NCBI GenBank assembly: GCA_963663805.2
Contig: CAXXMR010000003.1
Coordinates: 1-64,000 of the forward strand
DNA length: 64,000 nt
From: Sedimentisphaerales bacterium
GTDB lineage: Bacteria; Planctomycetota; Phycisphaerae; Sedimentisphaerales; SM23-30
Direction of reading: 5' to 3'
The position numbers and the translations under genes are program-made. The notes under the pieces are model-generated. The model searched no databases. It saw only the letters and a list, made by a program, of their open reading frames with translations, and was not told the origin of the DNA. How positions within the stretch are numbered: the first letter of the stretch is position 1; every line of letters starts with the position of its first letter. This document shows, piece after piece, positions 30,362 to 39,674 of this stretch.

Positions 30362-30771
30362 CGTTTTTTTGACGTTTTTTTTCAGGTTTTTTGAATTTTT
30401 GATGATTTTTTTCAGAAAATACCCGGTTTCTGGTGGTTTTTATGGACGGAGTGGACAAAACTGGGCTAGCTGGACTGGTTTGGGGGGGGTATGCTGGTAC
30501 TGGCGTTTTAAGGTTTTATTTTTTTGGGGGGATTATTTGGTGGTTGTATCCGGCCGCTTACGCGGGGCGGTTCCTGTTGGTTGTTGGTATTGGGCGGGGG
30601 GTTGTTTTTATTTTCAAACAAGAAAAAAGAGCCCGCCCCTTCTGGATAATTATTCCGTAATCAATATTTTTTTATCTTGATTGGTATATTTAATTTTTGT
30701 AGAATGAGTGAGTCGGTCGTATTTGGTAATGCGGAATAGGTATTTCGCTAATTTTTTTTGGAGGAAATGTT

Positions 30772-31971
30772 ATGAAGACGGTACTTGTTGTGTTCACTGC
30801 TCTATTGACGGCGTTTTTGCCGAGTTTTGCATGCGGTGATATTGTTTATGGCAGTTATGTTGGGGGCTTGCAGGCTCACTTTGAGATTACAGATTCGGCT
30901 CAGTCGAGTATTAATGTAATGGCGGGGATAGCTTATGACCCGACATCTATGAGCGGTGGGGTATATGACCGTCTTTATCTGGTCAATAGAAGCGCTGACA
31001 ATAGCAAAAGAGGTTTGTATTCCGTTGATATGATTAATCAAACGTCCAGTTCAAGATTGGCCATGGCAGGCGATTCCAGTAGTAATGATGTTGACAGCCC
31101 CGAAGATGTAACGGTTGATTCGAGCGGTAATGCTTATGTATGTTATATAGGCACGCCGAGTGTCTGGAAGGTTGAAAATCCCAGTGGCGGCAGTGTGGTT
31201 GAAACCAAAATGCTGGGCAATTACAGTGGCAGCGCTGATGACGATCCGAAGGCCCTGGCGATGGTTCCCAGTGGTTTTGGCGGTAGTTATACTGCGGGTT
31301 CGGATGTGCTTCTGTTTGACGGCGGGGTTGACGATAACGCCTATGAATCTGTTACGGTGATTGGTGCGGGCAGTACAGACGCTTCTCCGGTTTATGGCAT
31401 TGTATTTGGTGACAGTGATTCGTCAGAATTGATTGACGGTGACCCGGTAGCGGACAGCAGTGATTATGACGGCTATGCTTATTTGTCGAGTAAGAATCTT
31501 TTTACTGCGAATGTAGCAAGCGTGGGTAGTGAGTCTCTGGCGTTTGTTAATCGTGTTAATGCTTCTGGTTTTTTAGAGCGAGTATTTTTAGATTTAGATA
31601 TGAGTTCTTTAGCTTCCGGTATGGCCATTGATGACGCAGTAGCGGTGAATCCCGCAGATGGTTCCCTTTGGGTGGCGACTGGCAATGGTTCCGACGACAC
31701 TGCGACTCATATTTTCTATCGTCTTGATCTTGCCAATCTGACCGATTTGGGCGGTGGTGATTATTTGGCTGCCACAACCGCGGAAATTACTCTTACCGGT
31801 TCGAACAATCATAATGTAGCTACCAACGCGATGACTTTTTCCCCGGATGGCAAGCAGTTGGTTGTGGGTGATTCCGATGGTGTTGACAATCTGTATGTTT
31901 ACAGTATACCGGAGCCTGCTACTTTGGTACTGCTGTCTCTGGGTGGTATTTTGCTGAGAAAAAAGAAATAA
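30772..31971 (+). CDS. PEP-CTERM surface protein, probable beta-propeller
   Basis: Signal peptide; blade-like motifs (SPEDVTVDSSGNAYV, AVNPADGSLWV, MTFSPDGKQLVV); C-terminal IPEPATLVLLSLGGILLRKKK. Confidence 0.88.
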   Translation: MKTVLVVFTALLTAFLPSFACGDIVYGSYVGGLQAHFEITDSAQSSINVMAGIAYDPTSMSGGVYDRLYLVNRSADNSKRGLYSVDMINQTSSSRLAMAGDSSSNDVDSPEDVTVDSSGNAYVCYIGTPSVWKVENPSGGSVVETKMLGNYSGSADDDPKALAMVPSGFGGSYTAGSDVLLFDGGVDDNAYESVTVIGAGSTDASPVYGIVFGDSDSSELIDGDPVADSSDYDGYAYLSSKNLFTANVASVGSESLAFVNRVNASGFLERVFLDLDMSSLASGMAIDDAVAVNPADGSLWVATGNGSDDTATHIFYRLDLANLTDLGGGDYLAATTAEITLTGSNNHNVATNAMTFSPDGKQLVVGDSDGVDNLYVYSIPEPATLVLLSLGGILLRKKK

Positions 31972-32000
31972 TCGTTATTGATTATTGGTAAATTTTCACA

Positions 32001-32035
32001 AAGGCCGTCGTTCTAAAACGACAGCCTTTTTTTTT
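32001..32035 (+). terminator. Rho-independent terminator
   Basis: AAGGCCGTCGTT / AACGACAGCCTT stem ending in T9. Confidence 0.75.
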
Positions 32036-32200
32036 GGGCACTGTGCGGGTCTGGAAGCAGCAGGAAACGGTTATTTTTGAGGTTTGAGGGAATAGATAGT
32101 TGCGTTTTGGGTGGGTTGCGATTAGTTTTGGGTCGGATAGGAGTTTGCAAGTAGAGTTTTGCAAAAGTTAAGTTCACAAGTCAGAACAGGAATAATAGCT

Positions 32201-35191
32201 ATGAAAAAGGCGAAATGGTTTTTGATTTTGTGGTGTCTGGGATGTTGCTGGTCTTATGGTCAGGCGAAGATTCCGGTGGAGATTCAGGGTGGTGGCCAGA
32301 GCCATTGGTCGTGGCTGACGGCGAATCATTATCGTGTTGTGATGCAATGTCGGTCGGCGTCGGGTGAGGGGGGGCATAATATTGCCTGGGCGGAGGTTGA
32401 TTTTGAGGGGATTGCCCGTCAGTTGAATGTGAGTGCGGATGTTTGGAATCCGGATTCGGTGCGGGTGATAGAATATGACCGTGAAACTGGTGAGGCGGTA
32501 CGTCAGAATAGTGGTGATGGGCTGGAAGCTTATCTGGTTCCGGCGAAGCTGGATGAGTGGCACCGTTATCAGCAGCAGCGTAACATTGAACGGAAACGGC
32601 ATCTTTCCTGGCTGCGGCGTGAGGGCGATGGTGCGGGGGCGGTGTATATATGTTATTTTGATTTTTACGGCAGAGGTGAAACAGAGCGAATCGCTAAGCC
32701 TGCATTTGTTGGGACGGGCGATTCGCTTAGTTTCGGCAAGCTGGGCGAGAAAGTGGATATGCGTGGGGTGCCTCTGGTTTGTGACTGGGATGGTGACGGC
32801 GATAATGATATTATCACTTCGCTGATGACGGTGCCGGAGCGGGGCAGTTTTGTTTATCTGAGTGAAGGAAGTGATATTAAACAGATATTCGGCAAGCGGC
32901 GGATGGTAAGCGCTAATTTGGGCGTGAGTGCCAAGCAGGTAGTCGATGTTGATAATGATGGTCGGCTGGACGCGGTCAAGAAGGGTGGGTATTATTCCGA
33001 TTTTATCAATCAGCGATTTTCCAAATGGGTTTCGATTGATTTGCCGCTGGAAGGCGAGATTGGCAAGGGTATCAAGGAATCTCGTACGGTGAACTGGTTT
33101 GTGGCGGACTGGGACGCGGATGGTTTGAATGATGTTATTGTGGGAGCTGGTTGGTGGAAGGAATATGGCTGGTCCAACGCTTTTGACGAGAATGGGAAGT
33201 GGATAAATGGTCCTTTGCGGGGCTGGTTTTATGTATTTCGGAATTTGGGCAATAATCGTCAGTTCAAGTCGGCTGAGCCTTTTAAGGTTATGACTACCGC
33301 GGGATTGCCGGCTGAGGTTTACGGTTATCCGAGTCCGCAGGTTGTTGATATTGACTCTGATGGTGATTTGGATATTCTGTCGGGTAATTTTCTGGACCGC
33401 ATCAAGGTTTTTGTGAATGTGGGCAGCAGGGGCGAGCCGAAGTTCGCTCCGCCGGTTGATTTATTGACGACCGAGGGGGAGTTTGAATGTTATTATCAGG
33501 CTTTGACGCTGCATGCGGTGGATTGGGATGGTGACGGTGATTTGGATATATTTTTCCGTTGTGAAAATGACGGTTTAGGTTATCTAGAAAATACGGGGCG
33601 TTCGGCGGGTGAAGGTCGGATGATATTCAAACCGGCGGTTTATCCTGATAGTGAAGGTGATTATCCGAACTCGGCTCAGCTGGTTACGAATAATCTTAGC
33701 GACTGGGATAATGACGGTGATTTAGATTTGATATTCGGTAATAGTCCGGGGCAGGTGGGGTGGTATGAGTGTTTATCGGGTTATCCGCTTTTGCGTTTTA
33801 GGGGGGCGTCGTATTTTAAGTCGGCGGGTGAGGATATTCGTATAGCGGCGGGTTATAATGGTTCGATTCAGGGGCCAGCTGAGGCGAAGTGGGGCTATAC
33901 TGTGCCGTGGGCGGCAGACTGGGACGGCGATGGTTATAAGGATATAATGCTGAACAGTATCTGGGGTAAGATTCTGTGGTATCGTAATCCGGGCGATAAT
34001 GGTAGTTTGAATCTGGATGCGGCGGAAGCGGTTCGGGTACGTTGGGCAGGTGATTCGCCTAAGCCGGAATGGCGGTGGTGGAAGCCGGGCGAGGATGAAT
34101 GGTCAACGCAATGGCGTTCTACGGTGCAGATGCTGGATTATAATCATGATGGTTTGCTGGATGTGGCGGCGTTGGATTATGAGGGTTATCTGGTATTGCA
34201 TCGGCGAGTGATGGATGGTGGCGAGAAGGTGCTTTTGCCGGGTCAGCGGATATTTCGGGGCGGGGACGGCAAGGCTTGGCAGATTAATCCGCTGCCGCCG
34301 GGCGGGTGTGGTCGGCGGAAGTTTGAGTTGTGCGACTGGGATAATGACGGCGACTGGGATTTGGTGGTTGACGATAAGCAGTTTGGCTGGAAGGTGGCAG
34401 GTAGTGTGGCGGTTTATGAGAATGTGGTTGATGACGCGGCTCCGCTGTTTTTGAAGCAGGGTGCGATTACGGATATTATGGTGGCGGGTCATACTTGCTG
34501 TCCGTCGGTTTTTGATGTTGACGGTGACGGCAGGCTGGATTTGCTGATGGGGGCTGAGGATGGTCATTTTTATTGTTTCCACCGGTCTTATATCGAGGAT
34601 AAGTATGGTCTGGAGGCGGGGTTGGTTGAGTGTGATACGGTTTATTATTCGGACAGTTCGGTGGTGCTGTTTGATGAGACGGCGGTGGGCGATGTCAAAG
34701 GTGGTGAGATTGTTAGTGGTAAGGGGATTGAGGGCGGCAGTTGTATTTTTGCAGTGAATGATGACGATGGTTTTTACGCGGTTACTCTGGATATTGGCGA
34801 AAGTATTGACATAATGGATAACCGGGTTTTGGAGATGCGGGTTAATTGTGGGGTTGATGATTTGCATCAGGCGGCGCGGCTGCGGTGGGTTACGGTGGTG
34901 ACGCTTCCTAATGATGATAATATGGGCCAGGCAATATATTATCCTGATAATAATCACGGAGTGCCAGCGGCGAGTTATACTCTGGATGGTGAGAGTCAGG
35001 CGGGTGGTTCGGTTGTGTTTGATGATGATGTGCGGACGTGGCAGGTTCTGCGGCTGGATATGGCGAGCGGGCTTGGTCTGCCGGTTTGTAAGGGGGTTCG
35101 GGCGTCAAGTGTTGTGCGGCGGATTATGCTGACGTTTAAGGGGTCTGCGCAGGTTTATGTAGATGATATGAAGGTGGTTTGCAAGCGTTAA
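32201..35191 (+). CDS. Secreted FG-GAP/VCBS repeat protein
   Basis: Signal peptide MKKAKWFLILW; ten DxDxDGxxD-type motifs (e.g. CDWDGDGDNDI, VDWDGDGDLDIFF, FDVDGDGRLDLLM); C-terminal beta-sandwich-like end (VYVDDMKV). Confidence 0.85.
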   Translation: MKKAKWFLILWCLGCCWSYGQAKIPVEIQGGGQSHWSWLTANHYRVVMQCRSASGEGGHNIAWAEVDFEGIARQLNVSADVWNPDSVRVIEYDRETGEAVRQNSGDGLEAYLVPAKLDEWHRYQQQRNIERKRHLSWLRREGDGAGAVYICYFDFYGRGETERIAKPAFVGTGDSLSFGKLGEKVDMRGVPLVCDWDGDGDNDIITSLMTVPERGSFVYLSEGSDIKQIFGKRRMVSANLGVSAKQVVDVDNDGRLDAVKKGGYYSDFINQRFSKWVSIDLPLEGEIGKGIKESRTVNWFVADWDADGLNDVIVGAGWWKEYGWSNAFDENGKWINGPLRGWFYVFRNLGNNRQFKSAEPFKVMTTAGLPAEVYGYPSPQVVDIDSDGDLDILSGNFLDRIKVFVNVGSRGEPKFAPPVDLLTTEGEFECYYQALTLHAVDWDGDGDLDIFFRCENDGLGYLENTGRSAGEGRMIFKPAVYPDSEGDYPNSAQLVTNNLSDWDNDGDLDLIFGNSPGQVGWYECLSGYPLLRFRGASYFKSAGEDIRIAAGYNGSIQGPAEAKWGYTVPWAADWDGDGYKDIMLNSIWGKILWYRNPGDNGSLNLDAAEAVRVRWAGDSPKPEWRWWKPGEDEWSTQWRSTVQMLDYNHDGLLDVAALDYEGYLVLHRRVMDGGEKVLLPGQRIFRGGDGKAWQINPLPPGGCGRRKFELCDWDNDGDWDLVVDDKQFGWKVAGSVAVYENVVDDAAPLFLKQGAITDIMVAGHTCCPSVFDVDGDGRLDLLMGAEDGHFYCFHRSYIEDKYGLEAGLVECDTVYYSDSSVVLFDETAVGDVKGGEIVSGKGIEGGSCIFAVNDDDGFYAVTLDIGESIDIMDNRVLEMRVNCGVDDLHQAARLRWVTVVTLPNDDNMGQAIYYPDNNHGVPAASYTLDGESQAGGSVVFDDDVRTWQVLRLDMASGLGLPVCKGVRASSVVRRIMLTFKGSAQVYVDDMKVVCKR

Positions 35192-35198
35192 GTCAATT

Positions 35199-36179
35199 TT
35201 AGCCGAGGATTAAGGGCAGGGCGTCGGTCAGGTTTTCAAATTTGTCGAGCAGCAGGGGGGTGGTGCCGCTTTTTTTGATGTTGCCCGTGTTTATGCCTAG
35301 GGCGGGGAACCCTGCCAGTCGAATAGATATAACTCCGGCGGCGGAATCTTCGATGCCGATGACTTTTGAGCTTTGGTCGGTGGTAATGCCCAGTCCGACG
35401 CGGGCGGTTTCGGCGTAGAGCCAGGGGTGGGGTTTTGGTTCTAGTTCTCCGAGTGTGCCGACCTGCCCTTTGCGGAGGGCGTGGCCGGCGCTGATTATAG
35501 CGTCGTAGAAATCGAGAGGGTCGCCCATCTTGAGGGTGCGGAAGGCTGAGATGATTTCGGGCCAGGCTTTTTGGTAGAGTCCTGAAGTTACCAGGGCGAT
35601 TTTGATGTTGCGTCCTTTGAGTTCTAGCAGGAACTCTTTGAGTCCGGGGCTGGGAACGAAGGCATCCTGTTTGCCGCGACCTTTGAGGATTTCGGCCATT
35701 TCGAAATTTACAATGTCGAAGTAGTGAGTGCGGGCGTGCTCGACGGTTTTGTCGGGGCAGTATTTGTTGATGCAATACTGGAGGTGTTCGGAGACGGAAT
35801 GGCCGGAGACGTGGGGTTCGTCGTGGGGTTCGAGGGTGAAATTTTTGTTGTCGATGAGGCGGGCGATGGTCTGCTGGATGATCCATATCCAGAAATGTTC
35901 GCTGTGTACGCTGGTGCCGTCGAGGTCCATCAGGACAGCCTTAGCGGGTGAATCGAACGAGGCGGCCTTGAGGGGGTAGATTGCGGGGTAGCCCATTTCG
36001 GATTTGACGAGGCAGAGTACTTTGTCGGCGAAAACGATGAATTCCACTTTGCGGTCTTTAGGGGTGTAGATTGTTTGTACGCCGGCGGTGTTGGTTTGGA
36101 ATGAGCCGTCGGCGGTTGTGTCCAGGGTGAGGTATTCGGAGCAGTCGCCGAGTATTGATTTCAGGTTGTTGTTAATCAT
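35199..36179 (-). CDS. HAD-family phosphatase/phosphomutase with N-terminal extension
   Basis: LMDLDGT motif I, VTSG motif II, KPHPWLY motif III, IEDSAAG motif IV. Confidence 0.88.
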   Translation of the reverse strand: MINNNLKSILGDCSEYLTLDTTADGSFQTNTAGVQTIYTPKDRKVEFIVFADKVLCLVKSEMGYPAIYPLKAASFDSPAKAVLMDLDGTSVHSEHFWIWIIQQTIARLIDNKNFTLEPHDEPHVSGHSVSEHLQYCINKYCPDKTVEHARTHYFDIVNFEMAEILKGRGKQDAFVPSPGLKEFLLELKGRNIKIALVTSGLYQKAWPEIISAFRTLKMGDPLDFYDAIISAGHALRKGQVGTLGELEPKPHPWLYAETARVGLGITTDQSSKVIGIEDSAAGVISIRLAGFPALGINTGNIKKSGTTPLLLDKFENLTDALPLILG

Positions 36180-36198
36180 TCTGGTGGTTTTGAGGGGA

Positions 36199-36786
36199 TT
36201 AATTTGCTTCGCTACTGATAGTGAGCCATTTGTTTGTCAATGAGATGAGGTCCTGGGTGTCTACCAGGCCGGTCTGGTTGAAGTCGGCGGTGGTGAAGGT
36301 TGTGTTCCAGTCGCCGAAGAAACCGCCGCGCAGGTCGGTTACGAGGGTTACCGCGTCGAAACAGGTGTAGCCTTCCTGGCCCCAGGGGTCTCCGAATCGG
36401 ACGGCACTTAGGCCGATGGTGTCATCGTATCGCCCGAGGTAGTTATTGTCGAAGAACATATGGAACCGGCCCAGGTAATCCACGATGGTACTCATAAGGT
36501 GCCAGCCAGCGTCGATTCCCAGGTTGCCGTAGCGGCTGCCCTCAATACGATGATAGACTCGCATGGGGTTGGTGGTGACGACGATCATTGAGTATTTTCC
36601 GGTGGGGTCGTAGGTGGCGAGATAGCCTTCGCCGTTGTCGGTGAGGGGGTATGTAAATGTGAGCGGAATAGCGGCAGTTAGTGAGGGTTGCGGGCAGTTC
36701 CTTTATGACGCGGGCCTGGGTGCTGCTGCCGGTGAAAAATGATTGCTGGGCGCTGGTTTGTACGGCGGTGGTGAATGAGGGTGAGC
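36199..36786 (-). CDS. Frameshifted C-terminal part of the BNR-4 protein (second LamG-like domain + dockerin half)
   Basis: Joins 36678..39521 after removing one base at C3 36786-36788 and one at G5 36645-36649; mirrors the preceding domain (GWH, FFDNNYL, VRFGDPW); ends ADFNQTGLVDTQDL...W. Confidence 0.75.
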
Positions 36787-39521
36787 CCTGTGACATCATA
36801 GCCGTAATCGGCGAGGTTTTCGGTCCAGTAATATTCGAAGTCTTCGTAGAAGTCGTTGGCGAGGGGCGAGCCGCCGCCGATAGTGTCGCAATTTTGGGTG
36901 ATGGTGAGTTTGTCAAAAAAAACCTTGCAGCCGGCCAGTTCTGCCCAGGGCTTGCCGAATCTTACTCGGTAAAGGCCTGACGTGAAGGTTTCGGCGGTGT
37001 CGAGGTATTGATTGTCGAAGTAGATACCGACGGCGTTATTAGCGTAGATGGCGAAACTGAGCTGATGCCAGCCGGGGGCGACGACTTCGAGGGGACGGGT
37101 GTAGGTGCTGCCGATACGGTAGAGGATGTCGTATTCGCCGGAGGCGTTCATGTCGGGCATGAGCAGGACAGAGTTTCCGCTTTTGTCATATACCGAAAAA
37201 AAGGACCTGCCCGCTCCGGTGTTTTCGTCGAGATAGACCCAGACGCTGACCACGCAGTTGTCAGCGGTCTCAGAGCCAAAAGGGAGAATCTGGCACTTAC
37301 TGACATCATCGACATCCCAGAACATGGATTTGCTGCCGGAAAGAGCCTGGGCGGTGGTCATTACGGGTTCGTAGACATCTTCGTAGGTGAAGTTGGTCAG
37401 CTCGGAGAAGGAATCGATCTCGAAATCCTCGTCAACATCGCCGGCGGTTGGTTCGGCGGGTTCAAATGAGCCGGTGTTAAACCAGTTACCGGCGAAGATG
37501 GAAAAATCCTCAAGGTCAACATCGCAGTCGCCGTTAATATCCTGCGGGGCGAGCGATTCACAATGCTCGTAGGATGTGCCGCGGGGCAGTTGGGTCACAT
37601 CGCCGGCTTTGTTGCAGAAGTAGAAATTTGAGATGGATTCGGCGCTGGCGTCACCGTCGGCCCAGAAAGCGTAGAATTCATCGTTGGCATTGACGGGGGA
37701 GCGAACGTAGGTGTGGTTGTTGGTGCTGTTCTGGGTGATGTCTCTGGTTTTGGTCCAGGTGTCGCCCTGGTCGTTACTGACCCACATAGCTATCTCGCCG
37801 CCGGTATCGTAGTATTGCGGGCCGGGCTCGGTGGGGCCGATGATACGCCAGGTTCCGTCGGCTTCGAGATAGAGCGAGCCGGTGTCATAAGCGTGGGTTG
37901 AGGTTGTTACCGTTTTGATGTCCCAGGTTGTGCCGTTAAAGTGGGCGATATGCCAGGTGCGTGGTCCGTCTTCGGGGCCGGGCATGGGACCGTTGGTGGT
38001 TACGTAAAGGATAGCGGGATTGTCGCAGGGGTCGTAAATGATGTCCTTGAGGTAAACGTTTAGTCCTTCGGTGTGATAATCGTGGATAAGGGCGGGGGTG
38101 GTAAGTTCTTCGGCGTCGAGAACCGGGAGATTCAAGGTGGTTCCGTGGGCGGTTTGCCAGGTTTGGCCGTTATCGGCTGATTCGACATAGTAGAGGTTTG
38201 TTCTGCGGTCGAGTCCGCCTTCTACGGGATGGATATTAAAAGCGGTGCCCACCTTTACCGCGCCTTTAGCGGAGACCTGATAACTGCCGACACCCACGGT
38301 GGCGATTCTCTGGGTTTTGGACCAGTGTACGCCGTCGGGACTGGTGATAAACTGGATGGTACGCTGAACGGGGTCGCCGTATCTGGTCCAGAAAGCGAAG
38401 AAGCCGTCAGCGTCGCGATGCCAAATCTGGAAATATGAGAAGTTATCGAAAGTTACCACATTGTCACTGTCATCGACCTTGGTGGGGTGAATGAGTTCAA
38501 ACTCGTCAATGTTGTAAGGTGTTTTACTTTTGTGGATATAGCTGGGTCGGTCGGTTCCGTGTGAGGTGGAGAAAACCCAGACATAGCCGTCACTGTCCAT
38601 GCTGATTACGGGGTTGTCGTGGGCGTCGTTGGTGCCTTTGTCCAGCAGGATGGTGGGCAGAGAAACCTGGTCGGTCGCGTGATTGTATTCGGAGACCATG
38701 TGCCAGAGGCGGGTATTGCTGCCTGGTGCAGTGCCGCCGTAGCAGAAGAAGGTTTTGTCGGCCTGGGCACTGTAGATTGCCATGGGACGATGTTTGGCAC
38801 AGTAGGTACCGAGTCCGCCGCCGTATTTGACGATGCCGTCTTTGGGGATATAGTACCATATCCCGCGATAACCGCTGTCTTTTTTATTGATGGTGAGGTT
38901 GCTGAGGACCGGGTCGTTTTCTACCGGCTGATAACCGACACCGTCATACCAGGTGCGGTCGTCGGCATCGTCACGGTCGGCACCCTGAACGTAAACGGAA
39001 ACCTGCTGGTTTGCTGTAGTGGTGGTTACAATGCCGATACGGGCGATAAACATGTAGCTGGTGCCGTTGACGTCCTCTACGAGTACCGAGCCTTCGAAAT
39101 CAGAGGTACGGGCCCGGCGGGCGTTGGTTTTGTGGAAGGTAGTATATGGGTTTCCACCGCCCAAAGTGAAAGCGGCGTCCCAGTCGCTGGTGCCTTGCTG
39201 GCTGATATTGAAACAGCCGTAAATCGTATAGGTTCCCGGAGCACCGTTGATGGTGATGGTTGTGATTAGCGGTTCGGTGGTTTCGTCGCCGACGGCATCG
39301 GTGGTCCAGATAAACCCGCCATTGACACTGGAACGAGCCCTGATACCCCAGAGGCCATTGTTGCCATCGCCGCTGGTGCCGTTGTCGATATAGTTTACGC
39401 CATTGACGGGGGCCGCACCGTTAATTGTGGTGTTGGTGAGGTCGGCATCGACGAAGGTGATGGCCGCGAAGGTGGTTGAGGTCATGGTAAGGGTGATTAA
39501 CAATAGCAGGTATTTTCTCAT
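36678..39521 (-). CDS. Secreted BNR-4 repeat (sialidase-like propeller) protein with dockerin-like and LamG-like domains; about 1106 aa (36199..39521) when repaired
   Basis: Signal peptide; GYRGIWY, YGGGLGTY, DAHDNP; Asp-boxes SPDGVHW, SADNGQTW, SNDQGDTW; DINGDCDVDLEDF. Confidence 0.82.
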   Translation of the reverse strand: MRKYLLLLITLTMTSTTFAAITFVDADLTNTTINGAAPVNGVNYIDNGTSGDGNNGLWGIRARSSVNGGFIWTTDAVGDETTEPLITTITINGAPGTYTIYGCFNISQQGTSDWDAAFTLGGGNPYTTFHKTNARRARTSDFEGSVLVEDVNGTSYMFIARIGIVTTTTANQQVSVYVQGADRDDADDRTWYDGVGYQPVENDPVLSNLTINKKDSGYRGIWYYIPKDGIVKYGGGLGTYCAKHRPMAIYSAQADKTFFCYGGTAPGSNTRLWHMVSEYNHATDQVSLPTILLDKGTNDAHDNPVISMDSDGYVWVFSTSHGTDRPSYIHKSKTPYNIDEFELIHPTKVDDSDNVVTFDNFSYFQIWHRDADGFFAFWTRYGDPVQRTIQFITSPDGVHWSKTQRIATVGVGSYQVSAKGAVKVGTAFNIHPVEGGLDRRTNLYYVESADNGQTWQTAHGTTLNLPVLDAEELTTPALIHDYHTEGLNVYLKDIIYDPCDNPAILYVTTNGPMPGPEDGPRTWHIAHFNGTTWDIKTVTTSTHAYDTGSLYLEADGTWRIIGPTEPGPQYYDTGGEIAMWVSNDQGDTWTKTRDITQNSTNNHTYVRSPVNANDEFYAFWADGDASAESISNFYFCNKAGDVTQLPRGTSYEHCESLAPQDINGDCDVDLEDFSIFAGNWFNTGSFEPAEPTAGDVDEDFEIDSFSELTNFTYEDVYEPVMTTAQALSGSKSMFWDVDDVSKCQILPFGSETADNCVVSVWVYLDENTGAGRSFFSVYDKSGNSVLLMPDMNASGEYDILYRIGSTYTRPLEVVAPGWHQLSFAIYANNAVGIYFDNQYLDTAETFTSGLYRVRFGKPWAELAGCKVFFDKLTITQNCDTIGGGSPLANDFYEDFEYYWTENLADYGYDVTGLTLIHHRRTNQRPAIIFHRQQHPGPRHKGTARNPH

Positions 39522-39644
39522 TACAACGCTCCTGAAAAATAAGGCAACATTCCGTTAAAGTAATCGGCCAGAAAGGGGATCCGACCGATTAAATAATTCT
39601 TCTGATATTATCGTTTAGGGGAGAGGGTTAGTCCACCCCGTTTC

Positions 39645-39670
39645 GTGCAATCGTATCTCCATTTTGCGCA
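39645..39670 (-). promoter_or_regulatory. GCGCA-N16-GCGCA motif, copy A (upstream of the BNR-4 gene)
   Basis: Plus strand GTGCA ATCGTATCTCCATTTT GCGCA; minus-strand GATAAT begins 33 nt downstream. Confidence 0.7.
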
Positions 39671-39674
39671 AAAG

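Noticed and set aside
28900..30458. Transposase extension from 28900 and ORF 30204..30458 sharing AILFGTFIA
   Set aside because: The shared peptide is just the translated inverted repeat; 28900 is outside the IS and the real start is ATG 29035.
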